Source: Oscillospiraceae bacterium (GTDB lineage Bacteria > Bacillota > Clostridia > UBA1212 > SIG427). Taken from it: 64,000 bases of DNA. The stretch's first letter is position 1. Every line of letters begins with the position of its first letter. Location: contig SVJE01000006.1 of NCBI GenBank assembly GCA_015069135.1, positions 98,753 to 162,752 of the forward strand, written 5' to 3'. The position numbers and the translations under genes were made by a program. Below the pieces are notes generated by a model, which saw only the letters and a program-made list of their open reading frames with translations, was not told the origin of the DNA and searched no databases. Below are positions 31,327 to 42,244 of this stretch, piece after piece.

Positions 31327-32241
31327 ATGCTAAAACAATTGGATGATGAAATGAATCATAATTTATTCAAAAAAATTCAAGGACAGTGTTTTTTTTATAA
31401 TATTAAAAATTTGTTCTCTGTTCCATATGCTGTTATTAAAGGCGAAGCATTATCAAAACAGGCATATGGAAGTGTTGGTCAGCGAACAAGCAGTGATATT
31501 GATATTTTGGTTTCACGTAAGTATTTAAATGATATTGAGCTATCTTTACTTTCTGCTGGATTTGAAAATACTCAAAAATCACGTCAAGATAGAATTTTAA
31601 TGTTATCCAATTCGCATCAAGTTGCGCCGTGGATAAAAGTGTTTAAGCCGTGGGGTTATTTAGTAGTGGATCTGAATTTTGATATTTTCTGGGGTGAATA
31701 TGAAGGAACACGCATAAATATTGAAGAGTTTTTATCAGATACTATTGATGTGGATATTTATGAAAATACAATAAAAGCTCTTTCTCCGCCCAAGGCTATG
31801 GTGCAACTTGTTTTACATAATTACAAAGATATGAATTCCGTTTTTTTGCTTACTACACGGAATCGTTTAAAAAAGACCATGTTTGAGGATTTATATTATC
31901 TTTTAAAGAACAATTTGGATACAATTTCAATAGAAAAGCTATATACAATAAGTGAAGAATACAAAATTATTCCATATGTTTTTTATATGTTTTATTATAC
32001 CAGTAAAATATTTAATGATGATATTTTAAAAAGATATGTTGAAGCCTTTAGGACAAAAGAAGGTGATGCTTTGCTTGATTTTTATGGTTTGTGTGATAAA
32101 GAGCGTAAAGAATGGAAATGCGATTTTGAAACACGATTAAAATCAAAAAATATATTTGATTTAATAAAAAATGATTTGACGGAAAAAGACAAAGAGAAGA
32201 TTGCAATAAATAAACGTATATTTATGGGAGTAGAGGAATGA
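31327..32241 (+). CDS. Nucleotidyltransferase family protein (NTP_transf_5-like)
   Basis: YAVIKGEALSKQAYG...RTSSDIDILV motif of the nucleotidyltransferases found in Bacillota RiPP loci. Confidence 0.8.
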   Translation: MLKQLDDEMNHNLFKKIQGQCFFYNIKNLFSVPYAVIKGEALSKQAYGSVGQRTSSDIDILVSRKYLNDIELSLLSAGFENTQKSRQDRILMLSNSHQVAPWIKVFKPWGYLVVDLNFDIFWGEYEGTRINIEEFLSDTIDVDIYENTIKALSPPKAMVQLVLHNYKDMNSVFLLTTRNRLKKTMFEDLYYLLKNNLDTISIEKLYTISEEYKIIPYVFYMFYYTSKIFNDDILKRYVEAFRTKEGDALLDFYGLCDKERKEWKCDFETRLKSKNIFDLIKNDLTEKDKEKIAINKRIFMGVEE

Positions 32242-32483
32242 ATAATATATTGATAGAAAAAATATTAGAAATTATAAATGACAACATTGAAAATTCAGAA
32301 ATTGATATCACTCAAATAGATGAGGATTTGATTACTTTGGGAATGGATTCTATCGTTTTTATTAAAATAGTTGTTGCTTTAGAGGAGACATTTCAATGCG
32401 AAATTCCTGATTCTAAGCTATTAATTTCAAAGATGAATACTGTTAACAAAATTTTTATGGTATTAGATTCAATAGAAAAATAA
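32238..32483 (+). CDS. Acyl carrier protein 1
   Basis: 81 aa, acidic; LGMDSI phosphopantetheine Ser motif, ALEETF. Confidence 0.88.
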   Translation: MNNILIEKILEIINDNIENSEIDITQIDEDLITLGMDSIVFIKIVVALEETFQCEIPDSKLLISKMNTVNKIFMVLDSIEK

Positions 32484-32485
32484 AT

Positions 32486-34072
32486 ATGAATTCAAATAGT
32501 TTTTCGGGAAAACATTTATACGATAAAAAAATTAATATTTTAAATATCGTTTTGGTATCAAATATGGCAGTGGAACCTTTTTTTGTATCTAAATTAAAAG
32601 GTATATTTTCTAAAAAAAGTGTTTCTGTAAATACGACAGCGGTTTTTTATGATGAACTTCAATTTGATAAGAATTGTATTGTATTTACAAAAGCAGATTA
32701 TATTATTGTTTGTCTCAATTTTGACTCTCTATATCCAAATGCAATTAACGATATTCTAATAACGAATAATAATATAGAATTGTTAGAGAAGGCAAAAGCT
32801 AGATGTATAAGACTATATAATTATATTAAAACACAAACACAGGCTCCAATTTTTTGGTTTGGCTTTGAAGATTATTTCTATCAAACTGCCTTTGTCAGAG
32901 GGAACATTATTAATAATGATAATTTAATAAATCTAATAAATAACGAACTTTATTGGTTATTTAAAAAGCAAGATGTGTTTATTGATCTAAAAAGACTTAT
33001 TGCCAATATAGGTATTAAAGCTTCTTATGACAATAAAAGTAAATATAGATGGAACTTTCCTTATACGAAACAATTAACTATAGAGATTTGTAACGAGGTA
33101 TATAAACAATATTTAATTTGCCAAGGTAATACAAAGAAATGCCTCATACTAGATTGTGACAATGTACTTTGGGGAGGTATTCTTTCAGAAGACGGAATAG
33201 AAAATGTTTATTTGGGAAGTAGTGGTTTGGGTCGCTCATATCAAGATTTTCAACGATATTTATTAAATTTATATTACCATGGTGTTATACTTACAGTTTG
33301 TAGTAAAAATGAGATTTCTGATGTAATGATGATGTTTGAAAATCATAGTGAAATGATATTAAAAGAAAAACATATTGCTTGTTTTCAGGTTAATTGGAAT
33401 AATAAAGCCGATAATATAAAAAGAATAGCAGAATCATTAAATATTGGTTTTGATAGTTTAGCTTTTATTGATGATTCTGATTTTGAAATTCAATCAGTAA
33501 AGTCATTATTACCGGAAGTGACGGTGGTAAAATACGAACGCGATACCATTTATGAACAATTGTCATGCTTTAATTTAAAGAGTAATATAAATTTAGAAAA
33601 TATTATACAACGAAATGACACATATAAAACAAATCAATATCGTCGGTTATTGGAGTCAGAATCTAAATCATATGAGGAGTATCTGAATGCTCTTGAAATG
33701 CAAATTGACATACATAAAACTTTGCCAATTGAAATTAGCCGAGTTTCCGAATTAACACAGAGAGCAAATAAATGTACAAATGGAAGACGTTATACTGTAG
33801 AGCAACTTAAAGATATTATTGAACAAGATGATTATGAACTGTTCTCTGTTTCTGCATCTGATAAGTTTTCAAATCTGGGAATTGTTGGAGCTTTTGGAAT
33901 TTGTAAAAAGAATCTTGATTTGTTTGTTTTATCATGTAGAGCCTTAGACAGGCATATTGAGGATGAAATGCTCAATAAGATTTTAGATAAGTCTGTGTTT
34001 AATTTTAATTTTATTACAACTGGTAAAAATGAAGAGTTAAAACATTTACTTGAAAGTAATATAAAAGGATGA
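32486..34072 (+). CDS. FkbH-like HAD-IIIC protein (glyceryl-ACP transferase type)
   Basis: LILDCDNVLWGG, GVILTVCSKN, NWNNKADNI, FIDDSDFE, LTQRANKCTNG and LSCR motifs. Confidence 0.88.
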   Translation: MNSNSFSGKHLYDKKINILNIVLVSNMAVEPFFVSKLKGIFSKKSVSVNTTAVFYDELQFDKNCIVFTKADYIIVCLNFDSLYPNAINDILITNNNIELLEKAKARCIRLYNYIKTQTQAPIFWFGFEDYFYQTAFVRGNIINNDNLINLINNELYWLFKKQDVFIDLKRLIANIGIKASYDNKSKYRWNFPYTKQLTIEICNEVYKQYLICQGNTKKCLILDCDNVLWGGILSEDGIENVYLGSSGLGRSYQDFQRYLLNLYYHGVILTVCSKNEISDVMMMFENHSEMILKEKHIACFQVNWNNKADNIKRIAESLNIGFDSLAFIDDSDFEIQSVKSLLPEVTVVKYERDTIYEQLSCFNLKSNINLENIIQRNDTYKTNQYRRLLESESKSYEEYLNALEMQIDIHKTLPIEISRVSELTQRANKCTNGRRYTVEQLKDIIEQDDYELFSVSASDKFSNLGIVGAFGICKKNLDLFVLSCRALDRHIEDEMLNKILDKSVFNFNFITTGKNEELKHLLESNIKG

Positions 34073-34279
34073 TTATGTAGTAATAATTTATGTTTAACTT
34101 TTTTGCCAAGACAAGTTAGTAAATTTCAAAGTTTTTATAATATAGGAATAAGTATTATACAAAAGTAATAAAATCGTTTCCAAATTGAACATATATCGTA
34201 AAATAAATTGCTATGTATATGCCTAAGGGTATATTCTTTTTGGTAATTAAAATAGCTGACTTGAATAAGGAGGTGGAAT

Positions 34280-35125
34280 GTGAAGCAATTTAAATTGTCA
34301 AGAGACATATTCAATAAATTTGCTGGATTATCTTGTGTAGAAAACTATTTGTTATATGTTCTAGTTGCTGAGAATTACCCATATCAGTGTGTATATTATA
34401 AATCATATATTTCTTTAGTAGACATTATAACCAGTTTTATTAATGGAGAAAAGTATGAATCTTTTCATGCAATTAACAGATTGCACTCTGTTGCAGCATT
34501 CGAAGGATTGATTAATATACGAAGATTTAACTATGGAGATTTTAAATGTTTTAATTCATATGATTTTAACTGTATTGAAGTTAAACCTGAATATATGATT
34601 AAGAAATATGGTCAATCTTTGTGGAGAAATGATCACTATATACTCCTCGGTGAGGGAAATAATCTAGATCTATATTTCTACATAAATGATGTACCTAGAG
34701 ATATTGGAAATATTACTAAAGAAGAATTAAAGGATGCAAGTGCAGGAAATATATTTTGTTTTAATATAAGAAAAATGCCTGATGACATACAAAAGAAAAA
34801 CTTCTTTATTTCTTTTTATAAATCTCTTCAATCTAAGAACGAAAATAATATTGGATATATTGATGACATTATAATGGCAAGAGATATTATAGGGGTACAC
34901 AAAATTATTTGCAAACGTGTCATGGACTTTTGTAATCAATATATCCAAATGAATTTTTATAAAGCACATTTGAGTAATATAGAAAAATTATTTACCAGGT
35001 TAGAATATATGAGATTGTCAAAAGAAAACAATTTAAATCGGGTTAATTCTTTTATGGAATATATGGTTGAAGAAGATAGTCGATATATTGAAATATTAAG
35101 GAATAAATTGGAGGAGTTGTTGTGA
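34280..35125 (+). CDS. Divergent BtrH-N / C39-like protein
   Basis: GLSCVENYL (Cys), WRNDHYILL (His), YINDVP (Asp); aaggaggt RBS, GTG start. Confidence 0.5.
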   Translation: MKQFKLSRDIFNKFAGLSCVENYLLYVLVAENYPYQCVYYKSYISLVDIITSFINGEKYESFHAINRLHSVAAFEGLINIRRFNYGDFKCFNSYDFNCIEVKPEYMIKKYGQSLWRNDHYILLGEGNNLDLYFYINDVPRDIGNITKEELKDASAGNIFCFNIRKMPDDIQKKNFFISFYKSLQSKNENNIGYIDDIIMARDIIGVHKIICKRVMDFCNQYIQMNFYKAHLSNIEKLFTRLEYMRLSKENNLNRVNSFMEYMVEEDSRYIEILRNKLEELL

Positions 35126-35361
35126 ACATTGTAGGACAAGTGTTAGATGTAATCGCAGGGAAAGCGGTTGTGGAAAAGAACGAGATTTGCGTAGAAGACA
35201 AGCTGTTGAATTTGGGTATAGATTCCTTAAAAAAAGTAGAGCTAATTATTGCTATAGAAAATGATTTTGGTATTCACTTTTTGGAATCAGATTTAAATCC
35301 AAATTATTTGATAACTGTAGAAGACATAATTAGACTTGTTGAGAAAACAATAAAGGCTTAG
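35122..35361 (+). CDS. Acyl carrier protein 2
   Basis: 79 aa; LGIDSL...IENDFGI. Confidence 0.9.
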   Translation: MNIVGQVLDVIAGKAVVEKNEICVEDKLLNLGIDSLKKVELIIAIENDFGIHFLESDLNPNYLITVEDIIRLVEKTIKA

Positions 35362-35363
35362 GT

Positions 35364-36776
35364 ATGTGGCAATATGTTTCTAAAAGGATGAGTCGTAATT
35401 TAAACTCATGTATTGGTAATTATACATATAAAGAATTACTTGACATTGCTTCAAAAATTGGACTTACTCTCAAAGCTTTACTACCACCAAAAGCGAAATG
35501 CGGTATTCTCTGTAAAAAGGAAATTAATAGTGTCATATCTTTATTGGCATGTTGGTGTGCAGATTTAATTCCAGTTCCCATGTCAGCACATTATGGAGAT
35601 AAACATAATCAGAGAATTGCAGAGGCAATGTCTATTGAATTGATTGTTCCTGATAATGATTTGCATAATAACCAATATAAAACTGTATTTAACATATTAA
35701 GTGGCAATATATATGGCTCAAAATTTGAATTCAGTCCAGAAAGTGTTCTAGAAGATGTTTCAGTAATTCTTTCTACTTCAGGTACTACAGGAATACCAAA
35801 AGAAATAATGCATACAAAAGAATCTTTGCAAAGTAATATAGAAGGTATATCAGAATACTTTCAGATTAATAATAAAGATACTGTTTTAATTGCAAGACCA
35901 ATATGTCATTCAGCTGTGTTTACGGGGGAACTTCTTACTGCTTTATCAAATGGAAGTAATATTGTGTTCTTTTCGGACAAGTATAACCCTATAGGGATAT
36001 TAAATAAATTAATTGACGGCCATACATCTGTACTTGGTGCAACACCTACTATGTTATTTCATATGACTTGTATTAAAACTGATAAAGCTATTCCGTTGAA
36101 AAAATTAGTAATTAGTGGTGAACCTACAAATAATAGGGTTGTTCAAAAAATAAAAGCTTATTTTCCAAAAACAAAAATATACAGTGTATATGGACTAACA
36201 GAAGCTGGTCCCAGAGTTAGTTATTTAGAACCGGAAAAGTTTGGTCAGCTAGATAATGCTGTTGGTGTACCATTAAAAAATGTAAAAATAAAAATTGTAG
36301 ACAAGGATTATAAAGAAATTTCAGATGGTAGCAAAGGCTTAATAATGGTTAAAAGTCCTAGCATTATGAAAGGTTATTATAAAAATAATGAACTTACTGA
36401 AAAAGCAATTAAGAAGGGCTGGCTAGATACAGGAGATATAGGTTATATAGATGACAGTAGATGTTTACATGTTTGCGGTAGGAAAGACGAACTGATAATT
36501 AAAGCAGGTATGAATATATATCCAAAAGAAATTGAAGATTTGATTGATTCTTTATCAGTCGTGAATAAAAGTTTTGTGTATGGATTTGAGACAGACTCAG
36601 GACAGGATATTGCCGTAGATATTGTATTGGAAAGAATCTACAACAATATTAGAAAAAAAGATGTAATGATGTTGATATCTGGTGTTTTGGCTGAATATCA
36701 GATGCCTGCGCGTCTTAATATAGTCGAAAACTTTAATAGTACCTTATCGGGAAAGGTAAAGCCCTATGAAATATGA
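35364..36776 (+). CDS. Adenylate-forming acyl/aminoacyl-ACP(CoA) ligase 1
   Basis: STSGTTGIPK, YGLTEAGP, TGDIGY, GRKDELII and SGKV motifs. Confidence 0.9.
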   Translation: MWQYVSKRMSRNLNSCIGNYTYKELLDIASKIGLTLKALLPPKAKCGILCKKEINSVISLLACWCADLIPVPMSAHYGDKHNQRIAEAMSIELIVPDNDLHNNQYKTVFNILSGNIYGSKFEFSPESVLEDVSVILSTSGTTGIPKEIMHTKESLQSNIEGISEYFQINNKDTVLIARPICHSAVFTGELLTALSNGSNIVFFSDKYNPIGILNKLIDGHTSVLGATPTMLFHMTCIKTDKAIPLKKLVISGEPTNNRVVQKIKAYFPKTKIYSVYGLTEAGPRVSYLEPEKFGQLDNAVGVPLKNVKIKIVDKDYKEISDGSKGLIMVKSPSIMKGYYKNNELTEKAIKKGWLDTGDIGYIDDSRCLHVCGRKDELIIKAGMNIYPKEIEDLIDSLSVVNKSFVYGFETDSGQDIAVDIVLERIYNNIRKKDVMMLISGVLAEYQMPARLNIVENFNSTLSGKVKPYEI

Positions 36777-37029
36777 AAGTGAAATAATAGATATTATAAA
36801 AATGATAACTCCTTTAAAGGAAAAAGTAACAAAAATCGGACTAACAAGTAAGTTGTCGGATATTGGTATTGATTCAATATTGTATGTAAGAATTTTGGTT
36901 GAATTAGAGAATAGTCTTGGCATTACTTTTCCTGATACTTACTTATCTATTAATCCATCGTACACAATAATGGATTTATGTAAAGCTGTAAAAAATATTA
37001 TGGCATCAGAAGGTCAAGAAAATGAATAA
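36766..37029 (+). CDS. Acyl carrier protein 3
   Basis: 87 aa; IGIDSI...LENSLGI. Confidence 0.85.
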   Translation: MKYESEIIDIIKMITPLKEKVTKIGLTSKLSDIGIDSILYVRILVELENSLGITFPDTYLSINPSYTIMDLCKAVKNIMASEGQENE

Positions 37030-37726
37030 ACCTATATTTAGTGCAGAATATTTTTCTGGTAGATTAGATGCAATGTCTGACCAGGATATATTATATAAAA
37101 CAGTAGGCTGTCCTGGTTTTGTTGATGATAGTCAAATAAAACAGAAGGTACTGTCATTACCCAGTGGTAGTGCAGTAGGGTATGCTTTGAATAATGACAT
37201 ATATGATCAGTTATCTGATGAAATGACAATAGAAGCTTTTTTTTATTATAGTGATGTTCAAACAAAGATTCCTAACATGATATTTGGAAACAATTCAGAT
37301 TTAGGTGGTTTTTGCTTATATGAAACAGGTATAGGAGAGTCTTTTGGTGGTATGGTTTTTTCTGTTTGTACATGTTCTGCAAATGTATCAGCTAGAGCTC
37401 TGAAAAAAGAATGTCTTTATTTAAGAGATAAATGGCATCATGTCATTGGTGTGTTTCAAAAAGGGACAGTATCTTTATATCACAACGGTTCTCTTGAAGG
37501 AACTAGTGTAGGTAATGGTGATGTAATTGGAGAAATAATGCATCCGTCACCTCCAAATCAAATCCTTTTTGTGGGAGGTAATGTTAAAAATTCAGAATTA
37601 AATTTGGATACAGACTCTAATGTTAAGTTTGGTTTTTTTAGAATATACAACATGGCTTTTAGTAGTGAACAAGTGAAAAAGAATTATGAATTATCAAGAG
37701 CATATGAATATCAGGAGGAAACATGA
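37022..37726 (+). CDS. LamG / ConA-like jelly-roll protein
   Basis: MTIEAFF, KWHHVIGVF, SLYHNG, LFVGG and FRIYNMAFS motifs; no signal peptide seen. Confidence 0.75.
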   Translation: MNKPIFSAEYFSGRLDAMSDQDILYKTVGCPGFVDDSQIKQKVLSLPSGSAVGYALNNDIYDQLSDEMTIEAFFYYSDVQTKIPNMIFGNNSDLGGFCLYETGIGESFGGMVFSVCTCSANVSARALKKECLYLRDKWHHVIGVFQKGTVSLYHNGSLEGTSVGNGDVIGEIMHPSPPNQILFVGGNVKNSELNLDTDSNVKFGFFRIYNMAFSSEQVKKNYELSRAYEYQEET

Positions 37727-38679
37727 TATTAAAAAATTTTAAGCCATATAATCATCTGGATTATTTTGACTGCTATTATAAAGCAATGTTCCATATAATG
37801 GATTATTTTGGTATAGACGTATATAGATTTTTGCTTAATCAGCTTTATGTATATAAATATTGTGATGAAGGAAAGTATAGCTTTTCTCTATTTCAATATA
37901 GTTTACAGCAAGATACCTTGGAGTATACTGGGCTAGTCAGAGAGAAAGTGCTAATAAATGATAATCCTATTTTGCAGATAAATCAAAAAATTGAATCCAG
38001 TAAGCCTGTTATGTTTTTAATGGATTGTTTTTATATACCTTTTCGAATTGATACATACAATAGCGTGCATACAAGTCATTTTATTTGTATTTATGGTTTC
38101 AATAATAAACGGAATATTTTTAATATTATTGATCATGACTATGTGAACAGCTTTGCCTATAGAGAACACGAACTTAGTTATGATGCTTTACTTGATTATA
38201 TAAATGCCTACAAGAAAAATAATTTATACTTTTATGCATTTTCAAAAGATGAATCTATAGACCAATCGGATAAATCATATATACAGGAATATTCAAATGT
38301 TGTATTAAGAAATAAGAATTTGTTGAATGATGGTATCAGGCGATTATATGATTTTATAGATTTTTTTACAAGTGAACTTCAAAGCAGTACGGCAAACGAA
38401 TTTGTAGAAAAAATAATGATTGTAATTGTAAATATAACAAGATCAGTTAAGCAAAGGGAAGATTTGCTGAAGGCGTATATATTGGATTCACAATTAATTA
38501 TGTTTCTAGAAGCTATATCTCAAAAGTGGACTGTTATTCGCTCCTTGTTATTTAAATTTGTACGATATGAGCAAGATAAAAAATTGTCTCTAATTCCAAA
38601 TGTTTGTAATTATATTAAAGAGGTGTTTGAAATGGAAAGCGAATTTAATAAAAAACTAATTAATTATTGCAAAGGATAA
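37723..38679 (+). CDS. BtrH-N / C39-like protein
   Basis: FDCYYKA (Cys), KPVMFLMDCFYIPF, HTSHFICIYG (His), IIDHDYVN (Asp). Confidence 0.72.
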   Translation: MILKNFKPYNHLDYFDCYYKAMFHIMDYFGIDVYRFLLNQLYVYKYCDEGKYSFSLFQYSLQQDTLEYTGLVREKVLINDNPILQINQKIESSKPVMFLMDCFYIPFRIDTYNSVHTSHFICIYGFNNKRNIFNIIDHDYVNSFAYREHELSYDALLDYINAYKKNNLYFYAFSKDESIDQSDKSYIQEYSNVVLRNKNLLNDGIRRLYDFIDFFTSELQSSTANEFVEKIMIVIVNITRSVKQREDLLKAYILDSQLIMFLEAISQKWTVIRSLLFKFVRYEQDKKLSLIPNVCNYIKEVFEMESEFNKKLINYCKG

Positions 38680-38687
38680 TATAAGAT

Positions 38688-40478
38688 ATGAAAGAAATTA
38701 TAAATGTTATCAAAATTAATTTTAAAGGTCTAAAACATATTTGGGATATAAACAAAGGTTATGTAATATTATCTTTTATATGGCCTATTATCTTTATGCC
38801 AATACAGCTATTTGAAGTATATGTTATAAAATATGTTACAGACGGTCTTGTGTATGGCACTCCTTTTGCTACACTGTTGTTTATAATAATATCCCTGGGT
38901 TTACTTAAATTATTGCGCAATTTTATAGGAAATTTCTATAATAAAAGATACCAAGTTATAAAGAACGAAGAGATTGAGCAAAAATTGCGCCTTAATTTTT
39001 TAAAAAAAGTATCATCTCTTGATATAGAATGTTTTGATAATGCGGAGTTCTACGATAAATATGTTAAGGCTTTACAGGAAGCTGACTCTAGATATTTTCA
39101 GGTTTTGGGACATTTGAGTAACTTTTTATATAGTTTAATAACTTTATGTGCTTATTTTTCTTTAATTATTAGTTTAGATGGTTTTTTAATAGTATTTGCC
39201 GTGCTTCCCGTATTAGTAACACTAATTTTTTCTGGAAAACAAAACAAGATGAGTTTTAATTTTGGTGAAGAGACTGTTCCTATTGGCAGGAAAGTTAATT
39301 ACATTATGAGAATTTTTTATCTTAGTAATTATGCAAAGGAAATTAAGTTAAATAGAGCAGGCGGCTTTTTTATTGATAAACTTAAGAAATACTATAATGA
39401 ATATAATGTAAAATTAAAAAAGTTTGGAATTGATGAATTGAAAATTACGCTACTAGAGCACGGATTATCAATTGTAATACCAGTATTACTTCAAATATAT
39501 CTAGTAGCTAAGACTGCCTTTGGTTTATTGTCCGTAGGTAGCTATGCAGCATTAGAGTCAACTACTTGGCAGGTGTCCGGCTATTTGCAGTCAGTAATAC
39601 AAATCATTCCACAGCTAAAGCAAAACAGCAGGTTTCTTAAAAATCTGGATGAAATATTGGAGTATGAGCCTAAAATTAAAGATAAAGTAGAACCAAAGGT
39701 ATTGGATAAAAAAATCTTACATGAAATATCTGTTAAAAATCTAACTTTTACATATCCTAATAATGAGCAGCCTACATTGCATAACATTTCAATGAAAATA
39801 AAGCCTGGAGAAAAGATTGCCATAGTAGGATATAACGGGGCTGGCAAGTCCACATTTATTAAGCTATTAATGAGACTATATGATACAAGTATAGGCTCTG
39901 TCAAAATAGATGGTGTAGATATAAAAGACTATAGTCAGGATTCCTTGCGTGATAATTTTGGTGTAGCTTTTCAGGATTTTCAGTATTATGCGTATAATTT
40001 AGCAGAAAATATTTTGTTTAAAGAATCTGATAAAATGACCAATGCGGAAGAAACAAAAATGAATCAGGCTGTGGAATATGCCGGTCTGAAGGATAAAATA
40101 GATACATTTAATGCTGGTATATATACAATGCTTACTAAAGAATTTGATAGTGAAGGAGCGATTCTTTCCGGTGGTGAGACTCAAAAATTAGCACTGGCCA
40201 GAGCGTTTGTGAAAGATTGTAGCATTCTAATTTTAGACGAACCAACCAGTGCCATGGATCCAATTGCCGAAGATAAGCTATATAAAAATATGTTTAAAAT
40301 AGCAGAGGGTAAGACCCTTATATTTATATCACATAAACTGTCTTCTGCTAAAATGGCTGACCGGGTATTCTTGTTTGAAAACGGTAGAATTATAGAATCA
40401 GGTAGTCATGAAGAACTTATGGAATTAAACGGGAAATATGCTGAAATGTTCAATACTCAATCAAGCTATTATTCATAA
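38688..40478 (+). CDS. ABC exporter, fused TMD-NBD (copy 2)
   Basis: GYNGAGKST, LSGGETQK, ILDEPT; 596 aa like copy 1. Confidence 0.93.
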   Translation: MKEIINVIKINFKGLKHIWDINKGYVILSFIWPIIFMPIQLFEVYVIKYVTDGLVYGTPFATLLFIIISLGLLKLLRNFIGNFYNKRYQVIKNEEIEQKLRLNFLKKVSSLDIECFDNAEFYDKYVKALQEADSRYFQVLGHLSNFLYSLITLCAYFSLIISLDGFLIVFAVLPVLVTLIFSGKQNKMSFNFGEETVPIGRKVNYIMRIFYLSNYAKEIKLNRAGGFFIDKLKKYYNEYNVKLKKFGIDELKITLLEHGLSIVIPVLLQIYLVAKTAFGLLSVGSYAALESTTWQVSGYLQSVIQIIPQLKQNSRFLKNLDEILEYEPKIKDKVEPKVLDKKILHEISVKNLTFTYPNNEQPTLHNISMKIKPGEKIAIVGYNGAGKSTFIKLLMRLYDTSIGSVKIDGVDIKDYSQDSLRDNFGVAFQDFQYYAYNLAENILFKESDKMTNAEETKMNQAVEYAGLKDKIDTFNAGIYTMLTKEFDSEGAILSGGETQKLALARAFVKDCSILILDEPTSAMDPIAEDKLYKNMFKIAEGKTLIFISHKLSSAKMADRVFLFENGRIIESGSHEELMELNGKYAEMFNTQSSYYS

Positions 40479-40496
40479 AAAGGAACGGTGATTATT

Positions 40497-41654
40497 ATGA
40501 AAAACTATTATTTTACTTCAGAATCTGTTACTGAAGGACATCCGGACAAGATTTGTGACCAGATTTCAGATGGAATATTAGATGCTATTCTAGCACGGGA
40601 TCCTAATGCTCATGTGGCATGTGAGGTTGCAATCACTACAGGCATGGTATTAATTATGGGAGAGATTTCTTCTGATTACAATGTTGATATGCCTAAAATT
40701 GCTCGTGATGTAATTAGTGATATTGGTTATAATGATTCAAAGTTTGGCTTTGATTCAAAATCATGTGCTGTAATTACAGCCGTAGATAAACAGTCTGCTG
40801 ATATTGCCATGGGAGTAAATAAATCAACAACGGAAGAAATGGGAGCCGGTGATCAAGGAATGGTATTTGGCTATGCCTGTGATGAGACGCCTGAATATAT
40901 GCCTTTGGCTATTTCTTTGGCACATAAATTATCTCAGCGTTTATCATATGTAAGGCGGCAAGATATTATCAAAGGTCTTGGCCCGGACGGCAAATCACAA
41001 GTGACTGTGGAATATGAAAATGATATTCCTAAAAGAATTGATACAATTATTATTTCTGCTCAACATAGTGAAGCTTTAGAGCTAACTGAATTAAGAGACT
41101 CAATTATAGAACATGTTATTTCCTGCGTAGTACCGGAAAGCTTAATAGATAAAGATACAAAGATTTTTGTAAACCCTACAGGACGTTTTGTTATAGGCGG
41201 ACCTAAGGGTGATAGTGGCTTAACCGGAAGAAAAATTATTGTAGACACATATGGTGGTTATGGACGACATGGTGGTGGAGCATTTTCTGGTAAAGATCCT
41301 TCAAAAGTAGACAGAAGCGGAGCCTATATGGCCAGATATATTGCTAAAAATATTGTATCAGCTAAACTGGCAAAAAAATGTGAAGTGCAAATTTCATATG
41401 GAATTGGACTAGCTGAACCTGTATCTGTTATGGTTAATACTTTTGGAACTGGTAAATATTCTGATGAAGATATTGAAAAAGCTGTAAGATGTGTTTTTGA
41501 TATGAGACCAGGAAAAATAGTAGAGTATTTGGACTTGAGAAAGCCTATATACGAAGAGTTAGCAGTATTTGGCCATATGGGAAGAGAAGATTTGAATTTA
41601 AAGTGGGAAGAAACCGATAGAGTTAAGGAGCTAAATGCTTTTTTTGTTAGATAA
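40497..41654 (+). CDS. metK: S-adenosylmethionine synthetase (cluster-embedded copy)
   Basis: [40 protein letters not shown] and [15 protein letters not shown] motifs. Confidence 0.97.
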   Translation: MKNYYFTSESVTEGHPDKICDQISDGILDAILARDPNAHVACEVAITTGMVLIMGEISSDYNVDMPKIARDVISDIGYNDSKFGFDSKSCAVITAVDKQSADIAMGVNKSTTEEMGAGDQGMVFGYACDETPEYMPLAISLAHKLSQRLSYVRRQDIIKGLGPDGKSQVTVEYENDIPKRIDTIIISAQHSEALELTELRDSIIEHVISCVVPESLIDKDTKIFVNPTGRFVIGGPKGDSGLTGRKIIVDTYGGYGRHGGGAFSGKDPSKVDRSGAYMARYIAKNIVSAKLAKKCEVQISYGIGLAEPVSVMVNTFGTGKYSDEDIEKAVRCVFDMRPGKIVEYLDLRKPIYEELAVFGHMGREDLNLKWEETDRVKELNAFFVR

Positions 41655-41671
41655 TTGATCAGGGTAATAAT

Positions 41672-42244
41672 ATGAGTTGGTATGTGGTATTTGTAAAAAC
41701 TGGACAAGAGAATAAAGCAGTAATGGATTTACGTTCAAAAGTGGACGAAGAGACAACGTTTCCTTTTGTGCCCATGAAAGAACTTCTTTTTAAAAAAAGA
41801 GGAGAAGTAAGAAAAGAAAAAGAAGTGCTTTTTCCTGGTTACATATTTGTGGAAACTGAAGAAACCAATGAAGCTTGTCCAATAAATTTATTTGATGCTG
41901 TAGTAAAGAGCCGACATTGTCATAGGATATTAAATTATGGTTCTTATGAAAATTCAGCTATGAACGAAATAGAGCAGGATTTATTGTGCTCCTTAATGGA
42001 TGAAGATGGGTTAATTGAATCAAGTGATGCTTTATTAGTAGGTGATAGAGTTATGGTGATTTCAGGGGCATTAAAGGGGTATGAAAACAGGATAGTATCT
42101 TATGACAGACATAAAAGAACAGCTGTTATAGAAGTAACTATGATGAATAAAAGCATACCTGTAACAGTTGCACTTAATACTCTTATTAAATTACCTGACG
42201 ACAAAAATAAATGCAGAAATGAGGATACTTATGAATTCATATGA
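41672..42244 (+). CDS. loaP: NusG-paralog antiterminator, LoaP-like
   Basis: WYVVFVKTGQE, FVP...KK.G...LFPGYIFVE (NGN domain) and a KOW domain GDRVMVISGALKG; embedded in a biosynthetic cluster. Confidence 0.75.
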   Translation: MSWYVVFVKTGQENKAVMDLRSKVDEETTFPFVPMKELLFKKRGEVRKEKEVLFPGYIFVETEETNEACPINLFDAVVKSRHCHRILNYGSYENSAMNEIEQDLLCSLMDEDGLIESSDALLVGDRVMVISGALKGYENRIVSYDRHKRTAVIEVTMMNKSIPVTVALNTLIKLPDDKNKCRNEDTYEFI

